From the NCBI GenBank assembly GCA_053919585.1, contig CM132793.1: 64,000 nt of DNA; one strand, 5' to 3'. The stretch is from Euprymna scolopes. Taxonomy: Eukaryota. Position numbers and translations under genes: made by a program. Of the stretch, positions 25,901 through 39,039 are shown one piece after another. How positions within the stretch are numbered: the first letter of the stretch is position 1; every line of letters starts with the position of its first letter. The notes beneath the pieces are model-generated. The model worked only from the letters and a program-made list of their open reading frames with translations, did no database searches and was not told where the DNA came from.

Positions 25901-27677
25901 CTTTGCCTTTGTTACGATTGTCGTAACACTTATTTTAAAATGCATAAACCATTACCACCACAACAAATTCCCGAGTCTCACTGTAATGTAACTTCAAATG
26001 TCCCAATGTAAAATCCATGTATTACAGGTCATCTATTATAATTTTAATCTATTACGGACAAAGTAATAATTTGTAGAAGCTGTAAGAAAAGAGTTTATAA
26101 AATTTACCTTGTAGGATATAACTTTTTAATAATACACAGTTAAATATTGTACACATTTTATTTATCTAATATTTATTTAATTCCTCATGAAAACGTAGCT
26201 GATATATTCGTCTCTAACACTGGAATAGTCCTGGTCTTGTTTTTTTATTAGTCTGGAATAAACTGTTGTAAGTAAAATTCCATAAAACCACCACACCTAT
26301 TTTCCTTTTTTCATTCATAGAATATTAAATATTTAATCATATCTCTGAAAGAAATTTCTACTCTAGCGAGATGGCTTCGTCAGCATAGAAATTGTTACGC
26401 GTTACCCCTGCTATTTAAATTTCATAATATTTAGCTTCATATATGGCACTTGTTTTATCTTAATATAGATATCACATCTAATATAGATTATAAAGATTGA
26501 TTGAAAACTTAATTTCATATGATACTTGTACTTGCTTACTTAATATTTAAATGAATACTATGTGAATGTATTAGAAACGCAAACACTATTAAAATCACCA
26601 TTTGTAAAAAAAGAGTCTGCATTGAATACAACGATGAACAAAGTTTTCTGCAAGTAATTTTCATAGATCCTAATAATATTGATAAATAAAAGTGTTTTTT
26701 CATGACGGTTTTAGTTATGACGGTGCGTTCTGTTTTCTATAAATAAAAAAACGTATTTTATATAGTATTTCTCAATTACTCAAAATGTTTGGAATTATAT
26801 GTTTCTCATAAGAAAAACGTATTTTCATGGGCATACAATGATTAAAACTTCGCCTTAGTTATCGACATATACATTTTATATTGCTGTAATTTTTGACGAT
26901 TGATGTGATGTCAACGATTCTTTTTTCATGAACATATAATAATTTGACTCCAAAATTATGTATCAACGAAATAAAGCTACTCATATATTTACAGATCATT
27001 GCATGATTTTGCATTATTATCTTTAAAATAAATGTTTAAAAATTACTAGTTTATTATTAAAAACTGCTCAGTACCATGTCGTTTTTTCGCTTTTCGCTAA
27101 TTCTAAAATAAAATAACTTGTTTTTAAACGACAATAAATGTATATCATTATGATTATAAAACAATCTAATTCCATGAATTCAATATAGAAAATGTTATAT
27201 AAAATAAATAATTTTTTAACATTTTATTCATAATTAATGAGGTACGAGTAATATATTACAGTTTAAATCTCATCTACATCGACAGATATAAATATAAATT
27301 GCACTAATCACTAACTGTGCCATAGTTAAGATGTCTATAATATTTTTTATAGAAATTCAAATAAAAAAAATTATGAGTAATATGGACATACACACATTAA
27401 AAAAATATTATATATATACATACATTATATATATATATATATGTATATATATATAGAGAGAGAGAAAGGGGGCAATATGGTATAAACCCATACGCAGGAA
27501 AAAATATATCCGTGTGTGAGTGGTTGTGTGTGTTAATATATTTAATAATACAAATAATACTAAATCGAACATAATGCCTTTAATTCGATTTTTTAGTAAA
27601 TATGGGGAAAGTGTATGAAATTGATAGCTTTTTGGGAGTTTTCAAAAGACGAACGCTCATTGTCTCTTTATCTTTCT

Positions 27678-27734
<57 letters not shown>

Positions 27735-28899
27735 TAGCGTATACTAAAAGGTGTTCATAATATTGCGATACTTATTCTTTTACATGCTACTGCAATACCA
27801 TTGTTGTCATGTTTTTAACCGAACAATATTTTCTCCTGTTTTCGGGTTTTACAAAACATGCAGAAACTCACTCACAAAGGTAATATTGCTAGTCTTAACC
27901 TATTAAGATATTTCAAGAAAATAGTGGTGTTTGTTTTATATTTTGATCTATCATATTGCCATATTTTCGAGAATTTATAACGTTTTTTTCAAAAACCATT
28001 ATAATAAAGTGTAATAATTATATGAAGAAAATAGTGTGTTTTTGGACAACGATGTATCCCTATATTTTGCTAGTGCTTATTTTCCATCACTTTTCACTCA
28101 GATAAAAAAGGTATGGTTACCCTAATGCAATACTACTGTTAGGTATTATAGATCCCTCCCAAAACTTTATATTGTAAATTTATCCGAGTATTATTCTTAT
28201 GGATCTTTATTTTTAACATGACAAACTGTTGACGAACATGGAAAGATATACAAATTGACAATCAAAAGTCCTTATCTGCTTACAGAAAACATTTTATTAA
28301 GCGAAGAAATCATTGATGGCAATTGATATTTTTATTATTAATATAAGACTTATCCAGTATGCCGCTTATCGACTTCCGATGTCTGATATATTTGAAATTT
28401 AGCATGTACAATGATTTATAATTCTTGAAGTTCTATGGCAAATAACACATCTGTTTCGCATTGCCGTTTATGTTTTTATGTGAGAACTGAGACGAGTGTT
28501 AAATAGAAGTTGTACAGTATCGAGATGGTTATTCGGTTTTGTATGGAAACGAAGGAGCATTACAGTATACCTTTGATGAAAAGAAAGAAACGTACAATAA
28601 CTGTAACCCGCTGGTATAATACATTAAAACTTGTGCAGGAATATCTGGAAACAGCTTTCACATATATCGGTCCCTTTCTGCCATTTTGATGCATCTGTCA
28701 GCGAAGCTGCTACTGACAATATTAGAGCTCAATGCCTGATGTTTTAACACAATTCCAAGCTTAGTAGAATGCATGCGAAATCTATCATTCATGTGCATTT
28801 ACTCATGCATTTCGTGACCGTAAGATTTATTCCTAGGGTTTGAAACATTTTTAGTGTTGGGCTGACTCGAGCGTCTGTTTGCAGATGTGACATAAAAAT

Positions 28900-29950
28900 A
28901 TATATTAGTAAGGGAGTCTAATAGCATTGTAGGGTGTATTCTATGATATATTTTATATAATTAAATATTTCTGGGCAATTTCATGCTATATTTAATATAA
29001 TTATACTCTTCTTAGACAAAAGGACCGTCCAGATCGGCATTGATGGGTGTACATACAAATCAGTATAACGTTTATGCAGGAGTGTCGCGGTGGTCGATCA
29101 GTGAACCACTATTATATTTCTGATAGTTATAAACGACCCCACTGATAATATTGTGTCCAGGAGGGGTGTATTAGCTTATGATACAAGGCGTTTTCTTACA
29201 TATATAGGGGAGGAAACAATGTATATAATTTAAGACAATGGTCGAAGTGTAAGAAAATGATCTACAGAATGTGGTGGAATTGTGCCACAAATGGACATAG
29301 CATTTAATGCTAGTAAGACTAAGTTGGTCTTATTTAACAATTAGAAGACGCCTATCCAACCGCATATATCCATGCCAAATAACACTCTACTCAAGATTTT
29401 TTTCCTTTAAACTCCTTGGCCTAACATTTGCGGATAATATGGGCTGGAAAGAATGCATTCAGGACATTACGAAAGAAAGTGGGTGCCCTATATTGAACTA
29501 GAATACTATTCACGAATGAGAGTACCCTGAACATCTAAAAGGTCAACCTTCGTCCATGCATGGAGTATTGTTGCCACACCTTGCCTCTCCTCTTGGAAAT
29601 GGGGCCAAAAAAGAAGTTTCAATCTAATAGATCCCACTTTGTAAACTAAGTTCTAACAACTGTCCCCTCGCTGCAATGATGCATTTCCGTACCTATTTTC
29701 CAAATATATTAATAAAATGTGACGTGATGCACAAGTTGCACTTGTTCCCCCTCAGCGTACATATCTCCTATAACCCGTTTAGCAATAACATCTCACCCGG
29801 TCATTGTTGAGGTCCCTAAATGCCAGAAAGTTGTAAATTCAATTAGTTTCTTCCCTCAAACAACTATAAATTCGAACTCCCTTCTTGCGCCATCTTCAAA
29901 TCTTCTAATCCTTCCTAGACACTGCACCAAATTGTAGCCCTTTACGTTAA
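28900..29950 (+). mobile_element. Older, degenerate CR1/L2-group LINE (RT to C-terminus)
   Basis: AGVSRWSI..FLIVIND (decayed GVPQGS..FLIYIND, ~29077-29137), KLLGLTF (~29409), LRPCMEYCCH (~29548), SHPVIVEVPK (~29791). Confidence 0.7.
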
Positions 29951-31302
29951 AGTGGTTATATGTCTTGTTAGATGTGAGCATGAATAAAAAATACCCGTTT
30001 TTGGAGGAATGATTTGTGTCTATCACTATGATCCAGAAAATAATGGTCAATCATTGCATTATGATTGCTTGAATTCTACATCTTAGATGTAGACAAGATT
30101 GAGTCGTTTACGTTTTACCTCTTCATTTTCTCGATACTGTGTTGGGAATTAAATCGAATATTTTTTCTTAGGATGAAACAACCATAATTTCTTAAATCAA
30201 GTCGTGGGTCGCGAACCAAAATTGGTGTTCTACAAAAATTGTCCATATAACTCCATAGAACGAAGGGAGATATTCATAACTATTACTTAGATAAACACGA
30301 TAAATCTGTCATATTTTGCTGGTCTGCTAGGATAATTGAGAGGTTTTCAAAAATATATTCTTTATGGTGGTGATAACGTATCTCTTATGAGGTGATCAGA
30401 CCACGTGTAATATAGCCGGTACTTTTTTACTGTATCGTTACAGGTCAAACCTTAACGACCCACCGGACTTGCACCGCCGCAAAAGCACACACAAACAAGG
30501 GAAAGAAATAAAATCTTTACTTGCATTTTTTAAGTGCAAATGAAATATATTTATCCGATATTCTTCCAAAATAACACATTTCATTATAGTTCCCAATCCT
30601 TTTACAACGCACATGGGCTTTTTAATTGTCCCTGCCTATTCCCCTCCTCGTACTGGGACTTGCCAGCTGTTTCTCGCGTTAGTATTTACACGCCCATCTT
30701 CCAGGGTGGACTTTGTTTCTCCTCCCTACCTAGCGATGTTTTTTCTCTCTTTTCTTGTAAAGAGTGCCCGCGCGTAATTGCTAATTTGCATACGTGCTAA
30801 TATTTTCGCTAGACAGCTTCAAATGCTTGGCAAGTGATATTTCACACGCACTCATAAGCACTATGTCAAATACGTTGCCCATCATAAATTTTTACTGCTG
30901 AGGATTAATCATCAATACTTAATAATTAGATACTCGCACTACCCTTCTTTGATTATTTCATTTTATTTGTTGAGGTAATATAGATTTCGAGCCTGCTCTC
31001 AAGTATTAGTACAATAAGCTATTTGTAGTCATGTGTTCGGAAGCTGTGATATAAACGAAATGTCCAGTGTCTTTCAAAGGCTTTATTTTTCCAATTTCAA
31101 ATCCACAACAACAATTTATATAGATTACATACTAAAAATAGTAAACCTGTAGGATCGGTCGGGAAATTTCTACGTACGTGCTGACTTAATTATTCACATG
31201 AAAATAAACATGAACATCCTAAAACATGAAAGTTTGTCACGTGTTATTTACATCGACCACATCAGAACCCAACCTTTTATTGACCGTATATTTCGAAAAG
31301 CT

Positions 31303-31356
<54 letters not shown>

Positions 31357-31499
31357 TTGCAACGTCTTGTCAGACGAGTGCCACTTCCTCAGATATCTAC
31401 ATACATGAGCCCAAAAATGACTTTTTTTCTTAGTCCTACCGCTGAATTCACTCACTCAAGCAGGCATGCCACTGAAGACGGTAATTGAGATCAATTATT

Positions 31500-31960
31500 A
31501 CATGCTTCCAGTATTCCAAGCCTCCGCAGGTCGCAACTTTTCCATCGCCACAGGACCATTTTTATAGACAAATGCCCGAGATAGTATCTATGCACAGATG
31601 ATGTTACAGAGTCTTAGCTTTGTACGACAGCTAGGTTTCTCTCTCGGTTCAAAATGTTGAGATCCAGCAACAAGCAAGAACAGGATAGCAAGCAACAAGT
31701 TAAACTGCAGACCAGCTTAATGCGGGTATTGGTCTCCCGCTTTATGTTTTTTTTTAAATCAGAGATGTTCTTCTCCTAGAAAGGTTGCCTTCACCACGGC
31801 TTACTGGAGCCCCCTCCACTCAAACACACACATACATACACACAAACAAACAAACACGTTGCTAGTGGGCCATTAGCCCCTAAAAAGAATTCATTCGCCC
31901 TTTGAAAGGTCTTGTTATTACTACGTCCGGGAGAGTAGCAACCCTCCTCACTATCTGCAT
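31500..31960 (-). mobile_element. Probable 5' UTR fragment of a non-LTR retrotransposon (RTE- or R4-like)
   Basis: Minus strand gggctcc...ggcaacctttctaggagaagaacatctctgattt (31812-31755) resembles a motif in the 5' region of the element at 32330-33890. Family assignment is from recollection only. Confidence 0.35.
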
Positions 31961-32049
31961 TCATATTAAAGTTTAATTCACCGTACGATAAAATAAAAAA
32001 AATACGATGTAGGCAAAAACTGTAAAGAAAAACAATGTCAAAAATACAT

Positions 32050-32088
<39 letters not shown>

Positions 32089-32185
32089 GTGTGTAATGCA
32101 AATAATTAAATGTAATACATTATTTTAAATTCAATGACACTAAATAGAAAATCGAGATTGATTATTATAGACTGTTTTCTTTCAT

Positions 32186-32273
32186 AATTATTATTATTAT
32201 TATTATTATTATTATTGTTGTTGTTGTTGTTGTTATATTGTTATTATTGTTATTATTAATGTTATTATACATG

Positions 32274-32329
<56 letters not shown>
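32186..32329. repeat. (TTA)n/(TTG)n microsatellite at the 3' end of the Dong-type element (matching (TTA)n at 33892-33958 on its 5' side)
   Basis: Seen directly. Confidence 0.95.
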
Positions 32330-33890
32330 TGTTTGTCTGGCCGGTTGTGCTGTCGATTTTAGACTGTTATGCCGAACATAACAAATGAACTATCTTCTGG
32401 TCTCAGTCTTTCAACATTTTCCGCAAGATTCAAGCGGTACCCAACTTGGCAGATTTTTTAAGTACTTCAACATTTCAATGGAACACACTTTTCTTAATAC
32501 ACTTGTCAAATTTTTTTTGTTACACTCCCTACAATTCCCATCACAATAGGTACACCTTCTCCATTCTTCAACTTCCACGTTTATCTCCCTTTTCAATTCT
32601 TGGAATTTTTGGCCTTCTCTTTTTCTTTTTCGTCCACATTCACCTCAACTAGAATTGCGCATCAATATTTTTCGTTGGGCTTCTTTTTCCTCCTACAAAA
32701 CTAGACCCGGTCTCTTTGCTTCACTCACCTAATCACATTGGATATTTATCGCTCAATATAATTTCACCACACTTCAGTACCTATTCTCGACTATGCTCGT
32801 GCCATTTTGCTCTGTATTCCAACCAGCTTTTCTTGCATATGCCTTACTGAACCTCTTTCGCAATAATTTCATGCCGATACTTGTATTACTATTTAATTGT
32901 ATCATTTAGTTTTTTCTGTCTGAACTTTCAGAGAATTTCTTGTCTAATTCCTTAACTATGATCTTATCAGTTCTTTTTCTTTGTATCATAAAAAAAAGTT
33001 TTACTCTTTCAACGACCTCTCTTACTTCTTGTATCTGATTAGCAACAATTCCTCCATTATTATAATTACCTCGTCCTTTGTTTCCTCTTAATTTCCCGCC
33101 ACATCATCTATACTTGCCACTATATTTTCTTTTATTCCCTCAGCAATCTGTACGTCTCCATCATGTGGCGTGTCATAGCCATAACTTCTGCGTTTACCTG
33201 TCTTCTCATAACCTCCAATCACAGCTCTGATAAGCATGCACTCCTTCGTGTTGCTCTTACCTTATCAAACACGTGCTGTTCTGTTAATACAAACAGTCTT
33301 CGTTTTCTCCATTTCTTAAGCCTACATTTTCTGTACCATCTTAGAGGTTTTCCGTTTTCATCATAAGGCTTGCTTCTGAAGCAGCACTCCATAATAACCG
33401 TGTTAACACTTTTACTCCACTTCATTCTAGGAGTTGCTGGCTAAAAGATGTGTTCTCGCTGCTGGTTCAAGATACACTTGCCTAGCTGGGGCCTTTCACT
33501 TTGGTTTTTAGTCCGTTAAGCGCTGTCATTCTTAAAACTTTGTTTTGACATTTTATTTATGAAACAAGTTTAGTAAATTTTAGGTTACAAAACCACCGCT
33601 GTTTCGTTCATCGAGAAACTATCTTTAGTGGTTTGAAATCAGTTTTGCTTTTCCTGGAGTGTTGATCTTACTAGTCTGTGGAGCACAACCCATACAGAGC
33701 TATTGGTTTTAGGGCATCATTTATTCTCCTGATGCATTCCCACACATCACTAACACAGGTCATCTTAAATTCTAAGACACACGAAAAGGTTAGGAGTATG
33801 ATTAGTTTTTTTAGCATGTTTTATGAATACTTTATAGGAGAAAGTTATATCATCTATACTTCGATTCCTGTAATACAGCAATCCTGGACT
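32330..33890 (-). mobile_element. R4/Dong-type non-LTR element with an internal deletion of RT (5' UTR, N-terminus, RLE endonuclease and 3' UTR retained)
   Basis: N-terminal KWSKSVNTVIMECCFRSKP..NGKPLRWYRK..TEQHVFDKVRA (ORF 33219-33425). After ~32890: YKYRHEIIAKEVQ*GICKK..AKWHEH, RPGLVL (RPD-like), VPIVMGIVGSV and KSAKLGTA*ILRKML. No RT motifs lie between the two parts. Confidence 0.8.
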
Positions 33891-33901
33891 GATTATTATT
33901 A

Positions 33902-33960
<59 letters not shown>

Positions 33961-34478
33961 ATTCTTATTTCATTTTTTCTGATTGTTATTATTATTCTCG
34001 TACTATTTTTACTCTTACAATAATTACAACCATATACGTCAACACTATAAAAATATTCATTATTGCATTATTATTATTATTAATAAAAAATAAAACACAA
34101 ATACGACGACCACGTACAGAAAAAATTGAGCCTTGTTGTCTCGATGCAAATTCCAAAATTATTATTACACCCACTAATGCAACAAGAGTGTCCACAGTTG
34201 TACAGCCGAAACAAAAGTAAAATCCAAGAAAATGTTGTTGAAAATCTACATGCAGATTCATCTTTGTTTATTCTTTATTCTTGTTTTTAATCTAATTTGT
34301 GTTTGTTTATTAATTTAAGATACCTCTGTTTTGGCTCAACGTACTTAGACGTGAATGTAATCGTTTGCGCGAGATACATACAAGTATAGATATAAAGTAA
34401 AACGGTATTTCTACATCTATAACAATGAAAACTACTACTAAGTATAGTAATAACGTTATGATAATTAAAATATCAATA

Positions 34479-34520
<42 letters not shown>

Positions 34521-36104
34521 ATCGCCATATTATTTATATAACTACTAATATTTGTCGTCATATCTTCGTTGGTTAAGCAATAAAATATATGATGGATTCA
34601 GATCTAAACAAATCACACGCATCATTTATAACAGTTTTGACTCAAAAATACAGTTTATTATTAATTTTCATACATTGCAGAATACAGAATTCATTATTCT
34701 TGTTGTTTTATAATGGTTTGTTGGCCTTTTTTCTATATTCTCACCTTTTTCTATCTCGATGTTAAATTAAATCCTCACAAACGCTGTTATGAAAAAAGGT
34801 TCTTCATGATTGAGCATTTAATTCATATAAAGAAGTTGGGAGAAGAGGAAAAGATTTATTAAGTGAATATCCTTTTACCATAAATCGGTCCTTTTTGTGC
34901 CAGTGAAAATCTTATATTAAACATATTCGTCGCCAATTCAAAAAAATGAACCATTCTGGAACAAGTTAGTTCGATTAATGTGGAGAGACAGTGACAGGCA
35001 TGACACACATAAAGAACCAAGCCAAAATGACTAAATCTAACGAAAGAAAATACAAATTGGAATTGATATAATAGAAAAATAAGGAGGATAGTAACATATC
35101 TGAAGAATATACATCATCCCAACAAAACTCGTACAAGTGGGACTAGGAAATGATATAAGCAAATTTGTGATAAAAAATGCGTACGAACCGGATTTTCTCC
35201 AACGTGCGGTGTCTGTGTCATGGATTAAGAATAAAGAAAAATTGGCCGCTGCGTTTAATCATAAGCTGGAGATATCATAAGGTGACCAAATTACAAGGCA
35301 TCGATTATGCATATGAAAGGCAGATTATTTCAGTAGAAAACACTGTTAATAAGGGAAGGGTATTCTTGTTGACAGAAGTGAGTTTTATAAGAGGTGTACT
35401 GAATTCTTAGGCCGAGGTTGTTGGGAAAGGAAACGAGTTAGTTATGTAATGAATTTTCTCACCGAAGAAGAAAAAACATAATTTACATAAAGTATTAGAA
35501 GACTACAACATATTTTACATCAAACATTGATATAACCATAGACAATTAGTTTAACCAAAAAGACGGTATATCACTATATTTTATGTAATGTATCATATCT
35601 AAATTACGTAAGTTGCATCTTAGGTCAACTGGTGATCTAAGTTTATTCTAACACGTGTAAGAAGCAAACGCCGTGTTTCAAATTGCAATAGTATTTTAAT
35701 TGAAATCGTATATTGTGTCAAAACATATGAATCCATAAATATTTTTTTCCTTTGCCAAATTCGAAACATCCATTAGATCTATTAAACTATCTCACTTCTG
35801 AGAATATTGTAATAAATTAAGAAACAATGTGAACAATGTCATAGGACAGTAGAGAAATATGAGTCAGTCTTATCATTAATACCATGCATGAATATAACTA
35901 TTTATAAGGCACATCTTCATGATTACTTTAAAATTCAAGAAAATATATTGTTTCCAGAAGTCTTCGTTTTTATTGATGGTGAATATTATTCAAATAAACC
36001 AACACATGATATATCTATTCTGAAAAAACAAATAAATTGATTTTTTTTAAGTAAATAAATAATATAAAATAGCGTTAATAAATTGATATGTTATATAAAT
36101 TGTA

Positions 36105-36600
36105 AATGTCAGGAAGGCCGCCGGACTCGCCCTGGCGTGAATACGGTAAAATATATTTCACTTCATTCATATTTAGTATATCTTATTATAGAGCAAATAT
36201 TATCTTTAATATTATTATATTATACCCAATATATTTACATATTATTTCGAATGTAAAAAAGTAACTGAATCCTTAATTGAAACCAGAAATCGTTATGAAG
36301 CGATTAAGATGCGTCATAAAAGTGTGAACTTTTAACAGATGGTGAAATATCTACATATTTTGCGACTTAAAGCTAAGCAAAGTATTTGTGAGTATGATCA
36401 ACAGGTGGGCGATTTACGAAGTAAATATATTTTATCTTAATTTTGGCTTTAAAGCACTAAATTTACAGGCATGAAACCAACTAGAAATTGGTCCTGAGGT
36501 CCAAATAATCTAGATACTAAGTTTCAAGTATATAGAGCAAATATTAAGAGAACAGTTTGGTGGTGGTTTCTCACAGACAAGTGATAAAAGGCACTTTATA
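36105..36600 (-). mobile_element. Possible non-autonomous Helitron-like element
   Basis: GC hairpin cgccgg/ctggcg near 36118-36138 at one end; acagacaag...ctttatatata running into (TA)n at the other. Same architecture as 51356-52293, but the termini are degenerate. Confidence 0.4.
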
Positions 36601-36615
36601 TATATATATATATAC

Positions 36616-36649
<34 letters not shown>

Positions 36650-37371
36650 TTAATAGAGCCAATTCGCCAATAAGAAGTATTTTTCAATGCTGATAGTAAT
36701 TATTTCAGAGGTTATAAAACTATATATACTATTATTATATCCGCAAGAATCGAAATCAAAAGTTTTAATACTCTAGCCAAAGTCATTATTTAGATCTCTG
36801 CCGTCATTCTTCTCAGAGTAACAGCGAGATGGATACAAAGCTTTATCAATTAATTGAGTGTTTCAATTTGAGCATAAGCCGAAGAAAAGCTGGGATATAT
36901 TTTATTCCCTTTAACCTGCCAGAGTATAATCATTTTATTTCAAATGTTACCTTTAGCAATAATTATTCACCACTAAAACTACATTGAAATGACGCTACAT
37001 GTTCAAATATCCTATATCAATGATACGGCAATAATTTTATAACAGTTTTGAAGAACAGCGAACGTAGTGTTATAATTAATTGCTGAGCGCTTAGGGTTTT
37101 TTTTTACCATCTCTGCGTATGCAAGACATTATACTAATTTTGAACTTATGGGTATTCGCTGAGATTGTTTCTCTTTTTGTCTCCTATTCCCTATANNNNN
37201 NNNNNNNNNNNNNNNNNNNNNNNNNNNNNNNNNNNNNNNNNNNNNNNNNNNNNNNNNNNNNNNNNNNNNNNNNNNNNNNNNNNNNNNNNNNNNNNNNNNN
37301 NNNNNNNNNNNNNNNNNNNNNNNNNNNNNNNNNNNNNNNNNNNNNNNNNNNNNNNNNNNNNNNNNNNNNNN

Positions 37372-38861
37372 TGCAGAGTAGTAAACTATCAATATTTCAC
37401 TAAATATACGTCACAAAAAATGAAAGTTGTATCATCAAATGTTACTAATTTTCCCAAACTTCATGACATATCCACGATGTTATGGTAGTTTATTATTATC
37501 AAGGCAATTGTACTGGCACCCTTTTATTGCAGATCTCGTAAAATGCCAAAAAGAATGCGAATAAAGGTTATCGAAAAGCAAAGAATAGTTGCTCGACTCG
37601 CATAAGGATAGGCCATTAAATATTAAGCCACGGACCTGGAAAGTGGTCCAAAAATTCTGGCCTCATTCTTGAACGACCCTAATAGCTAATACAAAAAAAA
37701 AATAAGGGCGTTAGAGAAACCCTTTGGATCGGAGTATTCGGAAAATTCGTAAAGAAGTCAACTAAAACACAAACAGCACCAGTGCTTCGGTTTTTTGAAA
37801 GAGCTGCAATCGCTACAAGATTCAGGCATGCACGATGCAATGTGTCGAATGGGGCTGCAAAGAACATAAAACCTCTTCCAACGTCTCTATTGAGCAAGCC
37901 ACATAGAGAAAAACAACTGTCCTGGACAAATAATTACATGAACATAGATTTTCAATAAGTCCTATTTAGGGATTAGGCCCAACCTACTCTTGGCGGCCCG
38001 GATAAATGGACTAAAGTTTTAAACCCAACGGAACTCCGACTGGTTACAGAGTTCATCGCCAACGAGGTCGAGGCGTCATATTTTGGGCGGGACTCATTGG
38101 GGATAAGTTGTTTGGATCATGTCGAAGGCCAGAGGGTGTAAAGTTACCAGCAATGCGTCCACGGCCTTTTTGGGAAATCATTTGTCGACATAACTACGTA
38201 GCCTATCATTGTCACGTCACATTCAGATGATTTTTTATGCATCACACTGTACCATCCAATTCTGCTTGGGTTGACTGCAGCCTTCCTTGAATCTATGGGA
38301 TTCGTTGGGAAACTCTCATATCCTGGCCACCGTGTTCTCCAGAACTTAACCTCATTGAATATCTCTGGTCAACATTAAAAGGAGAAGTTCATGAAGGACG
38401 AGAGCAATTTACTTGAAAGGATGCCTTGTGGAGGAACATAGTTCATGTTGCTTAAATTCAAAGAAAATTTAAGATCAAGTAATTGAATCCCTCGCTTTAC
38501 AAAAGTTTTTTAAAGTTATTTAAAAATGGTGATATTTCGATAAATCATTTTTTTTATATTAAACTTTCACCTCGGACATGCTTTTGTTTATTATTCTTTG
38601 ACAGAAAAATATAATCAAAAGTAAAGTTTGCAAGATAATACATTGCATTTTTGCCTAAAAACATTTGAACAAACCTGCAATAAAGGGATGGGCAGTGGAA
38701 ATTCCTCGATAAATAATAAAATGTCATAACTTCGCGAATATCGCATGAAATCGAACAATTGATTTTGGAAATAACTAAGTTAAAGGCAGTCGTTTCATGA
38801 TATAAGTTTGATGATATTGTGATGTATATTTGGGAAAATATTGACATATTACTTAGCTGCA
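37372..38861 (+). mobile_element. Tc1-family (DD34E-like) transposon with long (~200-240 bp) terminal inverted repeats, inactivated
   Basis: ATG at ~37543; WPPCSPELNLIEYLWSTLKGEV (~38323-38390). The left end tgcagagtagtaaactatcaatatttc matches the reverse complement of the right end at 38830-38861. Confidence 0.85.
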
Positions 38862-38895
38862 ATAAAGTCATTGACACTATATACACACACGAATT

Positions 38896-38927
<32 letters not shown>

Positions 38928-39039
38928 TTACTGCAAACAAGGCACAATTCCAGTTTGATGTAGAGTGGCCACTATCAGAGACACAAGTTGCAGGGATACT
39001 ATGTAAGGAATTCAACAATACGACATCGCTTACATTATA

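Noticed and set aside
28503-28619. Protein-like open frame IEVVQYRDGYSVLYGNEGALQYTFDEKKETYNNCNPLV
   Set aside because: Bounded by stops, no polypyrimidine tract, weak donor and no recognised homology.
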